A stretch of DNA of 36,760 bases, from the NCBI GenBank assembly GCA_051747785.1, contig JBNJGN010000001.1, positions 1 through 36,760 of the forward strand. The letters are read 5' to 3'. Position 1 is the first letter of the stretch, and the number at the start of each line of letters is the position of its first letter. Shown in pieces: positions 35,266-36,760 of this stretch. This DNA comes from Patescibacteria group bacterium. GTDB lineage: Bacteria > Patescibacteriota > Minisyncoccia > Phycocordibacterales > CSBR16-193. The notes under the pieces are model-generated. The model was not told the origin of the DNA, did not search any database, and saw nothing but the letters and a program-made list of their open reading frames with translations. A program made the position numbers and the translations under genes.

Positions 35266-36471
35266 TTAAATATTAGCAGGTGCTTCTATCAGGGGTACTT
35301 CTATTTCAAATCTTTCTTCATTGCGAACAATCTCAAGCTCTATAGTCTCTCCTACCTTTTTCTCTCTTATTTTACGAGCAAAACTTTGAGGTTCTTCCAA
35401 TTCTTCTCCGTCAATACTTACAATAACATCCCCTTCCTTGAGCCCGGCTTCATCTGCCGGAGTATCCGGAACAACAGCCGGTTCGTCATTTCCTCCGCCT
35501 ACAAGCAATACCCCTTTTTCAACAGAAAGGTTTTCCCTTGCTTGCAACATGGGGGTTATCTCGGTATAGCGAACTCCCAGAAAAGCCCTGACTATTCGCC
35601 CTGTTTCTTTTACCGAAGAAACTAAAGGTTTCACTGTATGCGAAGGAACGGCAAAACCTATATTTTGAGAACCCAAAGCAAGAGCGGTATTTACCCCGAC
35701 AACCTCACCCTTGATATCCAAAAGAGGACCGCCGGAATTACCTGGATTAATAGCGGCATCCGTTTGGATGACCTCTTCAAAAAATTCGGTTCTGCCTCTT
35801 AAGCCTCCCGCACTAATGGATCGAGAAAGACCGGATATGACACCAACGGAAACACTGTTTTGAAATTCACCTAAGGCATTGCCTATGGCAATGGCGGTTT
35901 GCCCGACATCCAACTCCTCGGAATCACCAAATTTCAAATAATTGAAGCTCTCCTCAGAGTCTATTTTTAAAATAGCTATATCAAAAACAGGGTCTTTATC
36001 CAAAACCTTAACATCATACTTTTCTCCGCTATTAGTCAAAACCGAGTAATCAATACTATCATCTTCCACTACATGACGGTTAGTGACTATATGCCCCTCA
36101 GAAGACACTATAAAACCTGACCCCCCAACAACCTCCTCTTCCTCCGGTTCTTTTAATGTATCAGGAAGCATATCTTCAAAAAAAGGATGGAGATCCTGCT
36201 CAACCCCCGACAGAACCGCCTGAGTGGATACAACAGAAACAACCGCAGAGTCAGCATCCGCTACGGCGTTTACCACCCTCTCTTCATGACCTTTGCCCAC
36301 TGAAGGCATATCACGCTTCTCTTCCGAGGACATCTCTTCCACCTGCTCTATATAATATGATCCGACATACTCAAAAACCTCTTCTCTAAAAAGAAAGGCT
36401 ACCAAAAAGGCCACAAAGAGGGTTAAAAGAGTAACAGAAATATTTATAAATACTGTTTTCCAAAACTGCAT
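35266..36471 (-). CDS. htrA: HtrA/DegP-family serine protease with a PDZ domain, N-terminal TM anchor
   Basis: Catalytic context HIVTNRHVV (His), DIAILKI (Asp), GNSGGPLLD (Ser), and PDZ PADEAGLKEGDVIVSIDGEEL. The start was set to the Met at 36471 (MQFWKTVFINISV...), because the track start at 36537 lies inside the upstream terminator hairpin. Confidence 0.88.
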   Translation of the reverse strand: MQFWKTVFINISVTLLTLFVAFLVAFLFREEVFEYVGSYYIEQVEEMSSEEKRDMPSVGKGHEERVVNAVADADSAVVSVVSTQAVLSGVEQDLHPFFEDMLPDTLKEPEEEEVVGGSGFIVSSEGHIVTNRHVVEDDSIDYSVLTNSGEKYDVKVLDKDPVFDIAILKIDSEESFNYLKFGDSEELDVGQTAIAIGNALGEFQNSVSVGVISGLSRSISAGGLRGRTEFFEEVIQTDAAINPGNSGGPLLDIKGEVVGVNTALALGSQNIGFAVPSHTVKPLVSSVKETGRIVRAFLGVRYTEITPMLQARENLSVEKGVLLVGGGNDEPAVVPDTPADEAGLKEGDVIVSIDGEELEEPQSFARKIREKKVGETIELEIVRNEERFEIEVPLIEAPANI

Positions 36472-36524
36472 ATTTAAATGATATCGTGATTTTTTTTTAC
36501 TTTCAAGAATTCCTTTATAAAAAT

Positions 36525-36551
36525 AAACACGCCTCATTAAAAGGCGTGTTT
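36525..36551 (-). terminator. Rho-independent terminator of the upstream acidic-tail gene
   Basis: AAACACGCCT-CATTAAA-AGGCGTGTTT. On the minus strand it is followed by ATTTTTAT. Confidence 0.65.
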
Positions 36552-36579
36552 AATGTTTAGAAACTTAAGGTCTTTGTTA

Positions 36580-36760
36580 TTAGAGTTCTACTTCCTCTGC
36601 TTCGGTAGCCTCTTCTTCGTCAGTTTCTTCCTCTTCATCGGTGTCCTCCTCTTCGTCAGTTTCTCCCTCTTCATCGGTATCCTCCTCTTCGTCAGTTTCT
36701 CCCTCTTCGTCACCAGTCTCATCTTCATCTATAAGATCTCCTTCATCTATGACTTCTTCG
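36580..36760 (-). CDS. C-terminal fragment of a protein ending in a D/E/T-rich repeat tail (5' part outside the window)
   Basis: Frame is open from the window edge to TAA at 36582-36580. Translation is ...EEVIDEGDLIDEDETGDEEGETDEEEDTDEEGETDEEEDTDEEEETDEEEATEAEEVEL. Absent from the ORF track because no start lies in the window. Confidence 0.55.
   Translation of the reverse strand, partial: EEVIDEGDLIDEDETGDEEGETDEEEDTDEEGETDEEEDTDEEEETDEEEATEAEEVEL
36610..36717. repeat. Three in-frame tandem copies of a 36-nt unit
   Basis: Units are 36610-36645, 36646-36681 and 36682-36717 (ctcctcttcgtcagtttctccctcttcatcggtatc and near-identical variants). Each encodes a 12-residue D/E/T/G unit. Confidence 0.85.

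Noticed and set aside
35264-35266. Convergent CaCA and htrA genes whose stop codons are separated by a single nucleotide
   Set aside because: The observation is real, but such tight convergent packing is common in compact genomes. No hairpin fits between the genes, so there is no evidence of a special mechanism.

Overview
Low-GC (by eye; not computed), gene-dense bacterial chromosome segment read with the standard code: LepA, GroEL, ValRS and RNase J are all uninterrupted. Most genes are housekeeping: valS, prsW-like, hsp20, lepA, murJ, tsf, rpsB, lnt-like, htpX, lemA, groES/groEL, secG, rnj, htrA, four tRNAs and several transporters. A roughly 24-kb run of minus-strand genes (5003-29122) dominates the window. 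Small proteins, frequent charged low-complexity tails, mostly absent Shine-Dalgarno sites and several apparently leaderless starts suggest a reduced-genome lineage such as Patescibacteria/CPR, but this is inference only. No transposase, integrase, CRISPR array, rRNA or recognisable defence gene was seen. The non-housekeeping part is about 20.6-25.7 kb. (1) A tight three-gene operon encodes a PlsC/HdtS-type acyltransferase, a LuxI/FeeM/OlsB-fold N-acyl synthase and a ~10-TM histidine kinase with no response regulator in the window. It could be an aminolipid pathway or an acyl-signal synthase/receptor module. (2) Downstream lies a consensus promoter, a leaderless 29-codon hydrophobic ORF containing a G10 tract, a strong hairpin whose C/U-rich arm is complementary to that tract, and a structured ~150-nt leader. 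These precede an insulated 265-aa orphan gene with a perfect SD. (3) A 10-nt motif, ATGTCTTTTA, forms a 7-copy palindromic array upstream of valS. It recurs upstream of hsp20 and, as AGACA-N6-TGTCT, upstream of the acyltransferase-kinase operon. All functional calls rest on motif recognition by eye and need HMM or structure confirmation.
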